A stretch of 64,000 nucleotides of DNA from an uncultured Gemmatimonadales bacterium (GCA_963748815.1 CAVVKJ010000010.1:480001-544000); one strand, 5' to 3'. Shown: positions 7,679 through 17,548, numbered from the stretch's first letter. The notes: generated from the sequence alone by a model not told the origin. Program-made: numbers and translations.

Positions 7679-10030
7679 CTACTCGGAGTCAATCGGGACG
7701 ACCGCGTCGGCGGGCACCCAGCCGAGGCGGCCGGAGGGATCGCGGACGAGATGCCAGCCGCGCTGGCTCTGGAGTCGCTGAAGGGCCTGTCCCTCGTCGA
7801 GCGCGGCGAGGGCCGACCCGCGGCCGTGCGGGCTGACTCGCAGCGGCACGGCGGTGAGCACGAGGTCCACCGGCTCGGCGTAGCGCGCGGTCAGCCAGGC
7901 GGCGCCGGCGCCGAGGAGCAGCGCCGCCGCGCCGACCCACGCCCACCGCCGCACCAGCGCTGGCCGGACGAACATGCCGCCCCAGGCGACGATCCACAGC
8001 AGCAGGGCCGCGAGCGCCATTTCGCTCGGGGTGAACGGAGCGGTCCAGAGCCGGCTGGCCGACACCTGGTCGGGTGGTGGCGTGAGGTGGAGTGCCTGCC
8101 TGACGCTGCGGTTCCGCGGCGCGAGCCGGAGGGCCCGGTGCCACTCGGCACTGGCCTGCACCGGCGCGCCGAGCCGGTAGTCGGCCGCGCCGAGATTGTA
8201 CCAGTGCGCCGCGATATCGGGCTGTGCCTCGGCCCGGGTAGCAAACGCGGCGCGGGCGGCGGTCAGCGCGCCGCTTTCGTAGAGCGCCTCTGCAGACCGG
8301 TCCTGCGCCTGGACGCCACCGGCCAGCGTCGCAAGCAGGAGCAAGGAGGCCAGCAGGCCGTGCGACACCCGACGGCGGCGATCGCCACCGGCCAGCTGCG
8401 CGCGCAGCGATTCCCAGCGCCGAATGATCTCCTCGTCCTGCCCCCGCTGGGTCGGCGCGTAGCGGCGCTCGCGGAGCATGCCGCGGAGCTCGAGCAGTTG
8501 CTGGACGGTGTCCGGTTCGAGCCCGGCGGCGCGCAGCGCCGCGGACAAATCGGAATCGTCGCCGGAGACGATGGCAGCGGGGGCGAGCCCCGTCACCAGC
8601 CCATCGAGTTCGATTTCCACGGTCCGCGCGCTCACGCCGCGTGCGGCCGGGCCGGCAAGTGGACGGCGGCGGCGCCGCGCGACCAGCTGCACCACACCCC
8701 ACAGGGCCGGCGGCCCGCAGAGGATCAGCACCCAGCCCCACCGGCCCGGAAACGCGGTGAGATTGGCCGGCACCAGGCTCCGGTGCGCGGTCAGCAACGG
8801 CGGTGGCAAGGCGCCCTCGGCCAGCGCGGCCGGTTCCGCGACCGTCAGCGACATCGCCGGCACCTTCGCGACGCGGAAGCTCCGGGTGCCGAGGTCGTAG
8901 TAGGGATACTCGATGGCGGGAAGCGCCAGCGTCCCCACGGCGTCCGGCACGAGCGAGAACCCGAAGCTCTTGGTCCCGGTCACGATGCCGTCGCGCGTCT
9001 CGGGACGCTCCTCGACCAGTTCCGGGTAGGCGCGCGCGCCCTCGGGCCAGCTGAGATCGGGTGCCGGCCAGAGGGTGACATTCCCCTTTCCCGCCACCAC
9101 GACCGACACGTGAATCGGCTCGCGTGCGCGGGCAGTCGGCGGCGTCAGAATCCGCTCCACCGTCAGGTCGGTCCCCACCGCGCCGACGTACCCTGAGGGA
9201 CGCCCTGTTTCGGGAATGGGGCGCACCGAGATGTAGGCGCTATCGCTGCTGACGGCGAACCGTTCCTCCTGGCTGAAAAACTGAAGGGCGAGCGGCACCG
9301 AGTACTGCATCTGCGCGGGCGTGATGGTCAGCTCGCCGCTGCGCACCGGGAACGCGATCTGGTGCGCCACGAAGAGATCATACCAGACGCCGCCGACCTG
9401 GCGGCTCGCTGCGATGCCGACCGGGGCCGGTTGCGGATAACTCCACATCCCCTCGACGGAGGGCGGGACCAGCGTCGGCGCACGCCGGAGCCGGAGCCGG
9501 AGCTCCCGCGGAAACCAGGCGGCAGTCACGATATCCACCTGCTCACCGACCGTCGCAGTTTCGCTGGAGACCAGCAACGACAGCCCGACCTCGCCCGGAG
9601 CCCGGGGAGGTCGTGCCTGTTCCAGCAGTCGCCTGATCCGTGGGTTGATCTGGGCCGCCACCGCGGCGCTGCCGGTGTCGGTCACCTTGACCGTCAGGGC
9701 CCCGACCTCGGCGATGGCGTCGCCCTGCCGCGCATGGAAGGGCCCGAACTTCCATTGGCCCGACCGGATGGCACGAAGCCGCAGTTCGATCGTCTTGGTG
9801 CGCGACACCGCCGCGTTGGGATTGACGCTGGTTCCCTCGGTGCGCGACACGACCACGAACCCGTCCGCCGCGCCGAGGCGCAGCTCGATCGGCAGCGACG
9901 ACGCGCTCCGGGTCCGTACGGTCAGCAGGACTTCCTCGCCCACCGCGACTTCATCCCGGTCGAGGGTGACGGTCAGTTCAGGCGGAGTCGCCTGCTGAAG
10001 CGCGGCGAGCAACAGGAGGGTCGCTACCAA
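7679..10030 (-). CDS. BatD-family protein fused to a C-terminal TPR + SH3-like (BatE-like) region
   Basis: Signal peptide, Ig-like BatD repeats (VGEEVLLTV, GAVG), TM segments, TPR (HWYNLGAADYRLG) and SH3b-like end (GRLGWVPA). TTG start inferred. Confidence 0.8.
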   Translation of the reverse strand: MVATLLLLAALQQATPPELTVTLDRDEVAVGEEVLLTVRTRSASSLPIELRLGAADGFVVVSRTEGTSVNPNAAVSRTKTIELRLRAIRSGQWKFGPFHARQGDAIAEVGALTVKVTDTGSAAVAAQINPRIRRLLEQARPPRAPGEVGLSLLVSSETATVGEQVDIVTAAWFPRELRLRLRRAPTLVPPSVEGMWSYPQPAPVGIAASRQVGGVWYDLFVAHQIAFPVRSGELTITPAQMQYSVPLALQFFSQEERFAVSSDSAYISVRPIPETGRPSGYVGAVGTDLTVERILTPPTARAREPIHVSVVVAGKGNVTLWPAPDLSWPEGARAYPELVEERPETRDGIVTGTKSFGFSLVPDAVGTLALPAIEYPYYDLGTRSFRVAKVPAMSLTVAEPAALAEGALPPPLLTAHRSLVPANLTAFPGRWGWVLILCGPPALWGVVQLVARRRRRPLAGPAARGVSARTVEIELDGLVTGLAPAAIVSGDDSDLSAALRAAGLEPDTVQQLLELRGMLRERRYAPTQRGQDEEIIRRWESLRAQLAGGDRRRRVSHGLLASLLLLATLAGGVQAQDRSAEALYESGALTAARAAFATRAEAQPDIAAHWYNLGAADYRLGAPVQASAEWHRALRLAPRNRSVRQALHLTPPPDQVSASRLWTAPFTPSEMALAALLLWIVAWGGMFVRPALVRRWAWVGAAALLLGAGAAWLTARYAEPVDLVLTAVPLRVSPHGRGSALAALDEGQALQRLQSQRGWHLVRDPSGRLGWVPADAVVPIDSE

Positions 10031-11652
10031 TCCTTGGCCCCTCCCATCCCACCGGACAACCGGTCGAGCTGCCGGTTGCGCGTGGCGCGTTCCTCCCGCT
10101 CGACCGAGTTGAGGATCTGTTCGGCCTGCTCCCGCGTCAGTCCGCGGTTCTGGTTCTGTTGCTGCTCCGGCGGCTTGGGCTGCTGTCCGCTCTGCGGCGG
10201 TGGCGGCTTCTGCCCGCCTCCCCCGGATGGCGGTGGCGGGGGACGCATCCGTTCGGCCAGTTCCAGGTTCCACTTGGCCCGCGCGGAACCCGGTTCAAGC
10301 AGCAGCGCCTCACGCAGGTGGGCCGCGGCCTCGCCGACCAGCGTGTCGCGGAGCGTCGAGTCGGCCAGTGCCGCCCGGAGATCCACCACGCCGAGGTTGT
10401 AGAGGGCGCGGTACCGCAGTCCCGGATCGGTGGTCTTGCTCGCCTCGAGCAGCGCCCGGCGGGCCACCTTCAAGTCCCCGGCGCGCAGGGCGGCGGTGCC
10501 GGCGTTGTAGAACGCCGTGTCGCGCCGTCCCCCTTCCTTCGCCTCCTGGAGGAAGGCGCCCGCGGCGGCCGTCGCATCGCCGGAGGAGAGGGCACGCGCC
10601 CCGTCCGAGGGCCGCTGCGCCTGCGCGACGGCGGGGAGGCCGAGGGCGAGGGCGAGCACCAGCAGCGACGCGCCGCGCCGGAGCAGCGTCGCGACGAGGA
10701 GCACCACGGCCCCAACCAGGAGCGGCAACCAACCCATCGGCCGAAGGTCGGCCGCGCGGCTCTCGGTGCTGGGACTCCGCTTGAATGCCGCCACGAGATC
10801 GCGGACGGCGCCCGCCTGGTCCGACAGCGAGGCCGGCACCACCGTGCCGTCGGCCGCTTCGGCGGTGGCGCGGAGGACTTCCTCGTGCAGGCTGGTCTCC
10901 ACCACTTGACCCTCCTGGTCGAGCTTGTACTCGATCAACTGACCCGACGGGTCCCGGATCGGGATCTTCACCGGTACCGGGGTCCCTTCGCCAACCAGGA
11001 TCAGCCGAATGCCCGCCGCTTTGATCCGTTCAGCGGCGTCGAGGGCGGTCGACATCGAGTCGTGCATCTCTCCGTCGGTGAACACCACGAGCACCCGGTC
11101 GGAGATTTCCGTGGTGGCCTCGAGCAGCTCCAGTCCCTGGTTCAGGGTGGCCGCGAGATTCGTCCCCCCCTCGCTGGCCAGGTCCGGATCGAGGCCGTCG
11201 AGATAGAGGGACACGGCGCCGCCATCGACCGTCAGCGGCGTGAGGATGTAGCTCCGGCCCGCGAAGGCGATCAGGCCGAGCCGGTCGCCGGCGAGGTCCT
11301 GGACCAGGCGCCGGGCCTCGCGCTTCGCCCGGCCCAGGCGGCTCGGCGCGACGTCTTCCGCCAGCATCGACCGGCTGATGTCCGCGGCGATGACGAGGCT
11401 CAGCGCGCGGGCCTCCGTCTTCACGGTGGTCCGGCCACCCCGCGGCCCCGCCACCGCGACGGCAGCACAGAGCACCGCGATGCCGAGGGCCCACGGGGTC
11501 CCCCGGCCCCGGCGCGCCGCCTCGGCGCCGAGGCGCGCCGACCACGCCGTGGTGGCGACCACGCGCCGGCGGCGCCCCCACCAGGCGAGTGCCGCCCCGC
11601 CCGCGGCGATCATGGGGGCGAGGAGCAGCAGCCACTGCGCGTCGAAGATCAT
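10024..11652 (-). CDS. VWA-domain protein (BatB-like) fused to a TPR/Q-rich BatC-like domain
   Basis: MIDAS DISRSM, TDGE, TPR (AFYNAGTA, ALYNLG, AKWNLELA), QAEQILNSV and terminal KDW typical of BatC. Confidence 0.85.
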   Translation of the reverse strand: MIFDAQWLLLLAPMIAAGGAALAWWGRRRRVVATTAWSARLGAEAARRGRGTPWALGIAVLCAAVAVAGPRGGRTTVKTEARALSLVIAADISRSMLAEDVAPSRLGRAKREARRLVQDLAGDRLGLIAFAGRSYILTPLTVDGGAVSLYLDGLDPDLASEGGTNLAATLNQGLELLEATTEISDRVLVVFTDGEMHDSMSTALDAAERIKAAGIRLILVGEGTPVPVKIPIRDPSGQLIEYKLDQEGQVVETSLHEEVLRATAEAADGTVVPASLSDQAGAVRDLVAAFKRSPSTESRAADLRPMGWLPLLVGAVVLLVATLLRRGASLLVLALALGLPAVAQAQRPSDGARALSSGDATAAAGAFLQEAKEGGRRDTAFYNAGTAALRAGDLKVARRALLEASKTTDPGLRYRALYNLGVVDLRAALADSTLRDTLVGEAAAHLREALLLEPGSARAKWNLELAERMRPPPPPSGGGGQKPPPPQSGQQPKPPEQQQNQNRGLTREQAEQILNSVEREERATRNRQLDRLSGGMGGAKDW

Positions 11653-12620
11653 GGGACGCGCACCGCCACGGTGGCCCCCATCAGGAGCTCGAGTCCGAGC
11701 AGCGCCAGACCGGCGATGGCCAGCGGCTTGGTCAATTCCTCGTAGTGCAGGTACCGCGTGATTTGCACCGGGGTCTTTTCCAGCCCGTCGATCTGCTTGA
11801 AGATGCGCGCCAGCGCCTCGCTGTCGGTCGCGCGGAAGTAGCGGCCGCCGGTCGTGGCGGCGATCTCCTTGAGCAAGGGCTCGTCGATGCGCACCGGGAG
11901 CACCTCGTACCGGAGGCCGGTTGCGCTCCGTCCCGTGGGAATCGGCGCCTCCCCCTCCGTGCCCACGCCGATGGTGTAGACGCGGATCCCGAACGACGCG
12001 GCGGTCGCCGCCGCGGTGCGCGGGTCGATGAGCCCGCGGTTGTTCTCGCCGTCGGTCAGCAGCAGCACCACCTTCGACTTTTCCGGCGCGCGGCGCAGCC
12101 GGTTCACCGCCGTGGCGAGGCCGCTGCCGATGGCGGTGCCGTCCTCCAGGCTCCCGATCCGGAGGCCCATCACCGCCTGTTCGAGCACGGGGTAGTCGAG
12201 CGTGACCGGCACCTGGGTCAGCGCCTCCGCGGCGAACGCCACGAGGCCGATCCGGTCGGCGCTCCGACCACGGATGAAGGTGATGGCCTGTGCCTTGGCC
12301 ACCTCCAGCCGGTTCGACGGGGCGAAGTCCTCGGCGTACATGCTGCTGGAGATGTCGATTGCGATGGCAATCGCGATGCCGTCCTTCTTCATCTCGATCC
12401 GGCTGCCGCCGACACGCGGCCCGGCGGCGCCGATGATAAAACAGCCGAGCGCCAGCGTGCGCAGGATCGGCGGCAGGTGCAGCCACCAGGGCGGGCCGCC
12501 CAGCGCCGCCGGCAGGGAGACGTCGCTGTACAGGAGGCCCGGAGCGCGGCGACGCCGGCGCCACCACCACCAGACGAGCGGAACGAGGAGCAGCAGGAGC
12601 AGCGGGCGGGCGAGGCTCAT
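11649..12620 (-). CDS. VWA-domain protein BatA
   Basis: N-terminal BatA TM, DISSSMYAEDF, NRLEVAK, GTAIGSGL, LLTDGENN and TGGRYFRA. Confidence 0.9.
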   Translation of the reverse strand: MSLARPLLLLLLVPLVWWWWRRRRRAPGLLYSDVSLPAALGGPPWWLHLPPILRTLALGCFIIGAAGPRVGGSRIEMKKDGIAIAIAIDISSSMYAEDFAPSNRLEVAKAQAITFIRGRSADRIGLVAFAAEALTQVPVTLDYPVLEQAVMGLRIGSLEDGTAIGSGLATAVNRLRRAPEKSKVVLLLTDGENNRGLIDPRTAAATAASFGIRVYTIGVGTEGEAPIPTGRSATGLRYEVLPVRIDEPLLKEIAATTGGRYFRATDSEALARIFKQIDGLEKTPVQITRYLHYEELTKPLAIAGLALLGLELLMGATVAVRVP

Positions 12621-13366
12621 GCCGACGGACCCGCTTCAAGCCGGACGGCGAGGGCGAGCGCTGCCTCCGCACGCGGGAGCACGGCAGAGACATCCCCCGG
12701 CCCAAAGAGGGCGTCATCCAGCGCCTGCAGCAGCGCCGCGGCCTCGGGCGACGGATGCGCGCTCGAGGCGGCCCGCAATCGCGCCGCGGCGGCGGCGAGC
12801 ACGGCGCGCGGTTCCCCGGCAGTCATCCAGGCCGTGAGGGGAAGCACCGGCGGGAGGGGCGCTTCTCCGGTACTCGGCGCGGCCATTGGTCTCCCCCGCT
12901 TCCGCCACCAGAAATGCACGGGGATGAGGAGGAGCACGGCGAGGAGCAGCAGCACCAGCACCGGGACGGTCGTCTGGATCGGCCGGAGGATCGGAGCGGC
13001 CTCGGGCTGTGCATCGGGGAGCGAATCGCCGGGAAGCGTGGGGAGTACGCTGGCGATGGTGACCGTGAGCGTGGCGGGAGGAAGCGAATCGGTGGTGCCG
13101 TCGGGGGAGACCAGCACCGGCCCGGGGACTTCCACCGTGTGCGTGCCCGGAAGCCACCCGACCGCCGGATACCGGACCTCGAGCGAATCGCCGCGCCGGA
13201 TCAGCAGCCCCGGGCCCAGCGCCTCGACTGCCCCTTCGGGATTCCACGGCGCCACCCGGGCAATCCGGGCGACCGGCGCCGGAATGGTGCGCACCAGCCA
13301 GATCGTGTCGCCGACCTGGGGGAGCGGCGCCTGCTGCAGGGCCAAGAGGAGGAGGAGCGACATCAC
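12617..13366 (-). CDS. Hypothetical exported/membrane protein of the Bat operon
   Basis: Signal peptide, Ig-like stretch and a TM followed by WWRKR. Occupies the usual slot between DUF58 and batA. Confidence 0.7.
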   Translation of the reverse strand: MMSLLLLLALQQAPLPQVGDTIWLVRTIPAPVARIARVAPWNPEGAVEALGPGLLIRRGDSLEVRYPAVGWLPGTHTVEVPGPVLVSPDGTTDSLPPATLTVTIASVLPTLPGDSLPDAQPEAAPILRPIQTTVPVLVLLLLAVLLLIPVHFWWRKRGRPMAAPSTGEAPLPPVLPLTAWMTAGEPRAVLAAAAARLRAASSAHPSPEAAALLQALDDALFGPGDVSAVLPRAEAALALAVRLEAGPSA

Positions 13367-14247
13367 CGGTGCAACCGCTTGGCGCGGAGGGCAAAGGCCC
13401 GGCGCAGCGGCAGAGCGTAGTCCTGCCCGGTGATCAACGCGACGTGGTCCACGCCCGCCGCCGCCAGGCTCCGGCGCCGCTCCTCGACCCGGCGTTCCGC
13501 GAGACTGGCCAGGCGGCCGCGCACCTCCCGGTCGCCTGCGTCGATCAGGACCCGGCGGCCCGACTCCGCGTCTTCAAGGTCGAGCCATCCCGACGCGGGA
13601 AGCGCGCGCTCTCGCGGATCATCCACCGTGACGGCGACGACTTCGTGCCGGCCGGCGAGCCGCTGCAGCGGGCGCTCCCAGTTCGTCGCCAGGAAGTCCG
13701 ACAGGATGACGACGATGCTGCGGTGGTTGAGGAGACGCACTGCATAGGTCAGGCTCGCCGCCAGGTCGGTGCTCCGCCCCGCCGGTGCAAACGCCACGAG
13801 ATCGCGGATGACCCGGAGCGCGTGACGCCGCCCTTTCCGTGGCGGAATGACCTGTTCGACCCGGTCCGAGAAGAGGAGCGCCCCGACCCGGTCGCTCTGG
13901 CGCGCCGCGGCGAGCGCCAACACGGCCGCCACCTCCGCGGCGAGTCCCGCCTTGGTGCGCGGCTCCCCGAACCGGGTGGAGCCGGAGTGGTCCACCACGA
14001 GGAGCACGGTGAGCTCCCGTTCCTCGGTGAAGGTCTTGACGTAGGGGCTGCCGAGGCGGGCGGACACGTTCCAGTCGATGGTGCGGTAGTCGTCGCCGAT
14101 TTCATAGGCGCGCACTTCGGCGAACTCCATCCCCTGCCCGCGGAAGGTGGAGCGATACTCGCCGGCAAAGAGCGAGGACACGAGCCCGCGGGTGCGGAGC
14201 TCGATCGTCTTGACTTGCTTGAGGACTTCCTGGGACACCAGCGTCAT
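13363..14247 (-). CDS. DUF58 domain protein
   Basis: GEYRSTFRGQGMEFAEVRAY, IDWNVSAR, EERELT and ILSDF. Confidence 0.92.
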   Translation of the reverse strand: MTLVSQEVLKQVKTIELRTRGLVSSLFAGEYRSTFRGQGMEFAEVRAYEIGDDYRTIDWNVSARLGSPYVKTFTEERELTVLLVVDHSGSTRFGEPRTKAGLAAEVAAVLALAAARQSDRVGALLFSDRVEQVIPPRKGRRHALRVIRDLVAFAPAGRSTDLAASLTYAVRLLNHRSIVVILSDFLATNWERPLQRLAGRHEVVAVTVDDPRERALPASGWLDLEDAESGRRVLIDAGDREVRGRLASLAERRVEERRRSLAAAGVDHVALITGQDYALPLRRAFALRAKRLHR

Positions 14248-14281
14248 GTCGGGAGGCGCCTCCAGGCGGGGGCGCCGGACA

Positions 14282-15262
14282 TCACGGGACGGGAACGGCG
14301 GCGAGGACGCGCTGGATGACCACGTCGGCGTCCACGTCCTCGGCTTCCGCTTCAAAGGTCAGGACGATGCGATGCCGGAGCACGTCCGGGGCGAGCGCGC
14401 GGACGTCTTCGGGGACCACGTAGGAGCGGCCGCGGAGGAAGGCATGGGCGCGGGCCGCCTGCGCCAGGGCGATGGAGGCGCGTGGCGAGGCGCCGAAGGC
14501 GATCAGCGGCTTCAGCTCGGACAGCCCCACCGACGCGGGCTCGCGCGTGGCCCGCACCACGTCGACCAGGTAGTCGAGCACCTTCTGGTCGGCGTAGAGC
14601 GAGGCGATTTCGGCGCGGGCCGCCATGATGCCGGCCGGGTCGAGGAGCTTCCGCACCGGGATCGGCGCGCCGCCGGCCATCCGGAGGAGGATCTCCCGCT
14701 CCTCGTCGCGCGTCGGGTACCCCACCCGCACCTTCAGCATGAACCGGTCGAGCTGCGCTTCGGGCAAGGGGTAGGTGCCCTCGTTCTCGATCGGATTCTG
14801 CGTCGCCAGCACGAGGAACGGTTCGGTCAGGTGGAAGGTGGCGCCGCCGATGGTGACCTGCTTCTCCTGCATCGCCTCGAGGAGCGCCGACTGCACCTTG
14901 GCGGGGGCGCGGTTGATTTCGTCGGCCAGGATGATCTGGGCGAACAACGGCCCCTTCTTGACCCGGAACTCCTGGTTCTTCTGGTCGAAGACCATCGTTC
15001 CGATGACGTCCGCCGGCAGGAGGTCCGGCGTGAACTGGATCCGCGAAAAGGTGGCGGAGATGATCTCGGACAGGGAGCGGACGGCGAGCGTCTTGGCCAG
15101 GCCCGGGACCCCTTCGAGCAGCACGTGACCGCCGGTCAGGAGCCCGATGAGCAACCGCTCGATCATCAGGTCCTGTCCGACGATGCGAAGCCCGACCTCC
15201 TTGACGACGAGGGGAAGGCGTTCGGAAATCGGGCTGGGGGTGGGCGCCTGCGGTGCGGTCAT
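14282..15262 (-). CDS. moxR: MoxR-family AAA+ ATPase
   Basis: LLEGVPGLAKT, RIQFTPDLLPAD, DEINRAPAKVQSALLEAM, ATQNPIE and EAQLDRF. Confidence 0.95.
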   Translation of the reverse strand: MTAPQAPTPSPISERLPLVVKEVGLRIVGQDLMIERLLIGLLTGGHVLLEGVPGLAKTLAVRSLSEIISATFSRIQFTPDLLPADVIGTMVFDQKNQEFRVKKGPLFAQIILADEINRAPAKVQSALLEAMQEKQVTIGGATFHLTEPFLVLATQNPIENEGTYPLPEAQLDRFMLKVRVGYPTRDEEREILLRMAGGAPIPVRKLLDPAGIMAARAEIASLYADQKVLDYLVDVVRATREPASVGLSELKPLIAFGASPRASIALAQAARAHAFLRGRSYVVPEDVRALAPDVLRHRIVLTFEAEAEDVDADVVIQRVLAAVPVP

Positions 15263-15305
15263 GCGTGCTCCTCCGGAGGGTGGTCCGTGCGGCCGGGAGT
15301 CCCGG

Positions 15306-16037
15306 TCAGTCGCCGGACGGGTCGAGCCGAATCGTCTTGTAGATTGCCGCCTCCTCGCGGGGCGTCAGGGGCCGCGACCGCCCGACGGGCAGGTCGCCGA
15401 GGCGGACCGGTCCGTAGGAGAGCCGGGCCAGGCGCTCGACCTTGAGCCCCATTTCCTCGCACCAGCGGCGCACGATGCGGTTGCGGCCCTCGGTCAGGGT
15501 CACGTCGAGGATGCAGCGGCCTTCCTTGCCGGGCCGGACGCGCACGTCACCGGCCACCACCGGCCGGCCATCGACCACCACGCGCTCGCGCACCAGTTTC
15601 TCGAGTTCGGCGGCCGAGCGGCCGTGGACCAGCGCCGTGTAGCGCCGGGGCACCCGGTACTTCGGGTGCGTCAGCCGGTGCACCGCCTCGCCGTCGGTGG
15701 TGAGCAGCAGGAGGCCGGTGGTCATCACGTCCAGCCGCCCGACGTAGGTGAGGCCGGCCGGGTCGTTGATGAATTCCAGGACGTTGCGCCGCCCCTGCTC
15801 GTCGCTGGCGGTCGTCACGACCCCGAGCGGCTTGTGGAAGGCGAGCCAGCGGCGGGAGACGACCTTCACCGCCTTGCCGCCGACCGTGATCTTCTGGCGA
15901 TCGGGATCGACCTTGCTGCCGAGTTCGGCCACCCTCCCGTCCACCCGTACGCGGCCCGCCCGGATTAGTTCCTCCGCGGCGCGGCGCGACGCGATGCCGG
16001 CGCGGGCGAGCGCGCGCTGCAGGCGCATTTCGCTCAC
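15306..16037 (-). CDS. rluB: rRNA pseudouridine synthase, RluB/RsuA family
   Basis: S4 domain (RLQRALARAGIASRR), GRLDVMTTGLLLLT and EGRNR. Follows scpB. Confidence 0.88.
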   Translation of the reverse strand: MSEMRLQRALARAGIASRRAAEELIRAGRVRVDGRVAELGSKVDPDRQKITVGGKAVKVVSRRWLAFHKPLGVVTTASDEQGRRNVLEFINDPAGLTYVGRLDVMTTGLLLLTTDGEAVHRLTHPKYRVPRRYTALVHGRSAAELEKLVRERVVVDGRPVVAGDVRVRPGKEGRCILDVTLTEGRNRIVRRWCEEMGLKVERLARLSYGPVRLGDLPVGRSRPLTPREEAAIYKTIRLDPSGD

Positions 16038-16618
16038 GATTCGGCCGGGACGTAGGCGGCGGCGTCTTCGTCGTCGGTGGAGAGCGGCCGGGGCGGCTGG
16101 ATGGCGATGCTCAGTTCCTCGGCGCGCGGCAGGTCGGTCAGGTCCTTCAGGCCGAGGAGTTCGAGGAACATCGGCGACGTGCCGTACAGCAGCGGCCGTC
16201 CGAGCGCCTCGCTCCGCCCCACCACCTCGATGAGCCCGCGTTCCTGCAGCGACCGGAGGACGCCGCCGGCCGAGACCCCGCGGATTTCCTCGATTTCACT
16301 CCGGCCGACCGGCTGGCGGTAGGCGATGATGCTGAGGGTCTCGAGCGCCGCCGCGGTCAGCCTGGAGGCGCGGGCGGTGAACTGGGCGCGCTCGAGCGCC
16401 TGGGCAAAGGCCGGCCGGGTGAGCAGCTGGAACCCACCGGCCATTTCCACCAGCTCGATGGCGTGCTGGCTGAAGTCGTACACCTCGCGCAGCTGCTCGA
16501 GCGCGGTGCGCACATCCGCGAGCGACGCGTCGGCGTCGAGCACGGTGAGTTCCTCCGCGGTCAGCGGGCGCGCGGCGGCGAAGAGCGCCGCTTCAATCAA
16601 CTGGGCGAGAGGCGTCAC
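16034..16618 (-). CDS. scpB: SMC-Scp complex subunit ScpB
   Basis: IEAALF, LETLSIIAYRQPV, IRGV and GRPLLYGT. Confidence 0.95.
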   Translation of the reverse strand: MTPLAQLIEAALFAAARPLTAEELTVLDADASLADVRTALEQLREVYDFSQHAIELVEMAGGFQLLTRPAFAQALERAQFTARASRLTAAALETLSIIAYRQPVGRSEIEEIRGVSAGGVLRSLQERGLIEVVGRSEALGRPLLYGTSPMFLELLGLKDLTDLPRAEELSIAIQPPRPLSTDDEDAAAYVPAES

Positions 16619-17357
16619 GGCGAATCACCATAGGCGCGAACGGGGCCGCCTGGGTCAGGGAAACAGCGCCGCGCCGCGCCAGTTCGAGCAGCGCGAGGAG
16701 CGTCGAGAGGACGTCGGTGATGGTCGGCTCCGGCCCGAGGGCCTCCCGCCAGCCGAACTCCTCCCGGTCCGCGAGGAGGGCGGTGAGGCGTCGGGTGGCC
16801 CCTTCGACGTCGAGCGGCCGGGCGACGACCCGGTGCAGCACCGGCGAGGGGATGCCCTCGATGACCCGCGCGACCGCCTCGAGCAATTCGAGGAGGTCGA
16901 CCTGGAGCGGCGGCGGCGGGAGGGCCGGCGGCGCCGGGAGGAATCCGCGGGCGTACTGGTCGGCGCGGCGTTCCGCCGCCCGACCGAGCCAGAGCGCCAC
17001 TTCACGAATTTGCTGGTACTCAAGCAACCGGCGGACCAGTTCGGCGCGCGGATCCTCCCAGCCGTCTTCCTCGCTCCGCCGCGGCAGCAGCATCTGCGCC
17101 TTCAGCCGCAGGAGCCGCCCGGCCATCTCGAGGTAGTCGGCCGCCTGGTTCAGCCCGAGATCGTGGATGACCAGGAGAAACTGGTCCGCGATTCTGGCGA
17201 TCGGGATGTCGGCGATCTCGAGTTCCTCTTCCCGCAGCAGGTGCAGGAGGAGGTCCAGGGGACCCGAGAAGGCCTCGAGTTCGACCACGAAGGCCGGCGA
17301 GGCTCCCAACGCCGACGTCGGCGGCTCAGGCAGGGTGAGGGCGGCAGGCTGTTCCAA
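16593..17357 (-). CDS. scpA: Segregation and condensation protein A (start uncertain)
   Basis: FSGPLDLLLHL, LLRLKAQMLLP, DPRAELVRRLLEY and LALLEL. Confidence 0.93.
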   Translation of the reverse strand: MEQPAALTLPEPPTSALGASPAFVVELEAFSGPLDLLLHLLREEELEIADIPIARIADQFLLVIHDLGLNQAADYLEMAGRLLRLKAQMLLPRRSEEDGWEDPRAELVRRLLEYQQIREVALWLGRAAERRADQYARGFLPAPPALPPPPLQVDLLELLEAVARVIEGIPSPVLHRVVARPLDVEGATRRLTALLADREEFGWREALGPEPTITDVLSTLLALLELARRGAVSLTQAAPFAPMVIRRDASRPVD

Positions 17358-17415
17358 CCGTCGTCCGGATCGAGGGTGGGGTGGACCGGGTGTGGCGCCA
17401 CTGGCGGCGCGCGGA

Positions 17416-17444
17416 ACAATACACCCCGGCCGGAAGCAAGTCAA
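17416..17444 (-). promoter_or_regulatory. Putative sigma70 promoter for scpA
   Basis: TTGACT-N17-TATTGT on the minus strand. Confidence 0.65.
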
Positions 17445-17457
17445 AGCACCGTGCCGC

Positions 17458-17486
17458 TTGACCTTGCGCAGCAGCCCGGCTAGTAT
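17458..17486 (+). promoter_or_regulatory. Putative sigma70 promoter for rpsT
   Basis: TTGACC-N17-TAGTAT. Confidence 0.7.
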
Positions 17487-17548
17487 TGTGGCTTGCTCCT
17501 GATGGGGGGGATGGGCCCTCCCGCCGTACCGACTCAGAGAGGTCCGCT

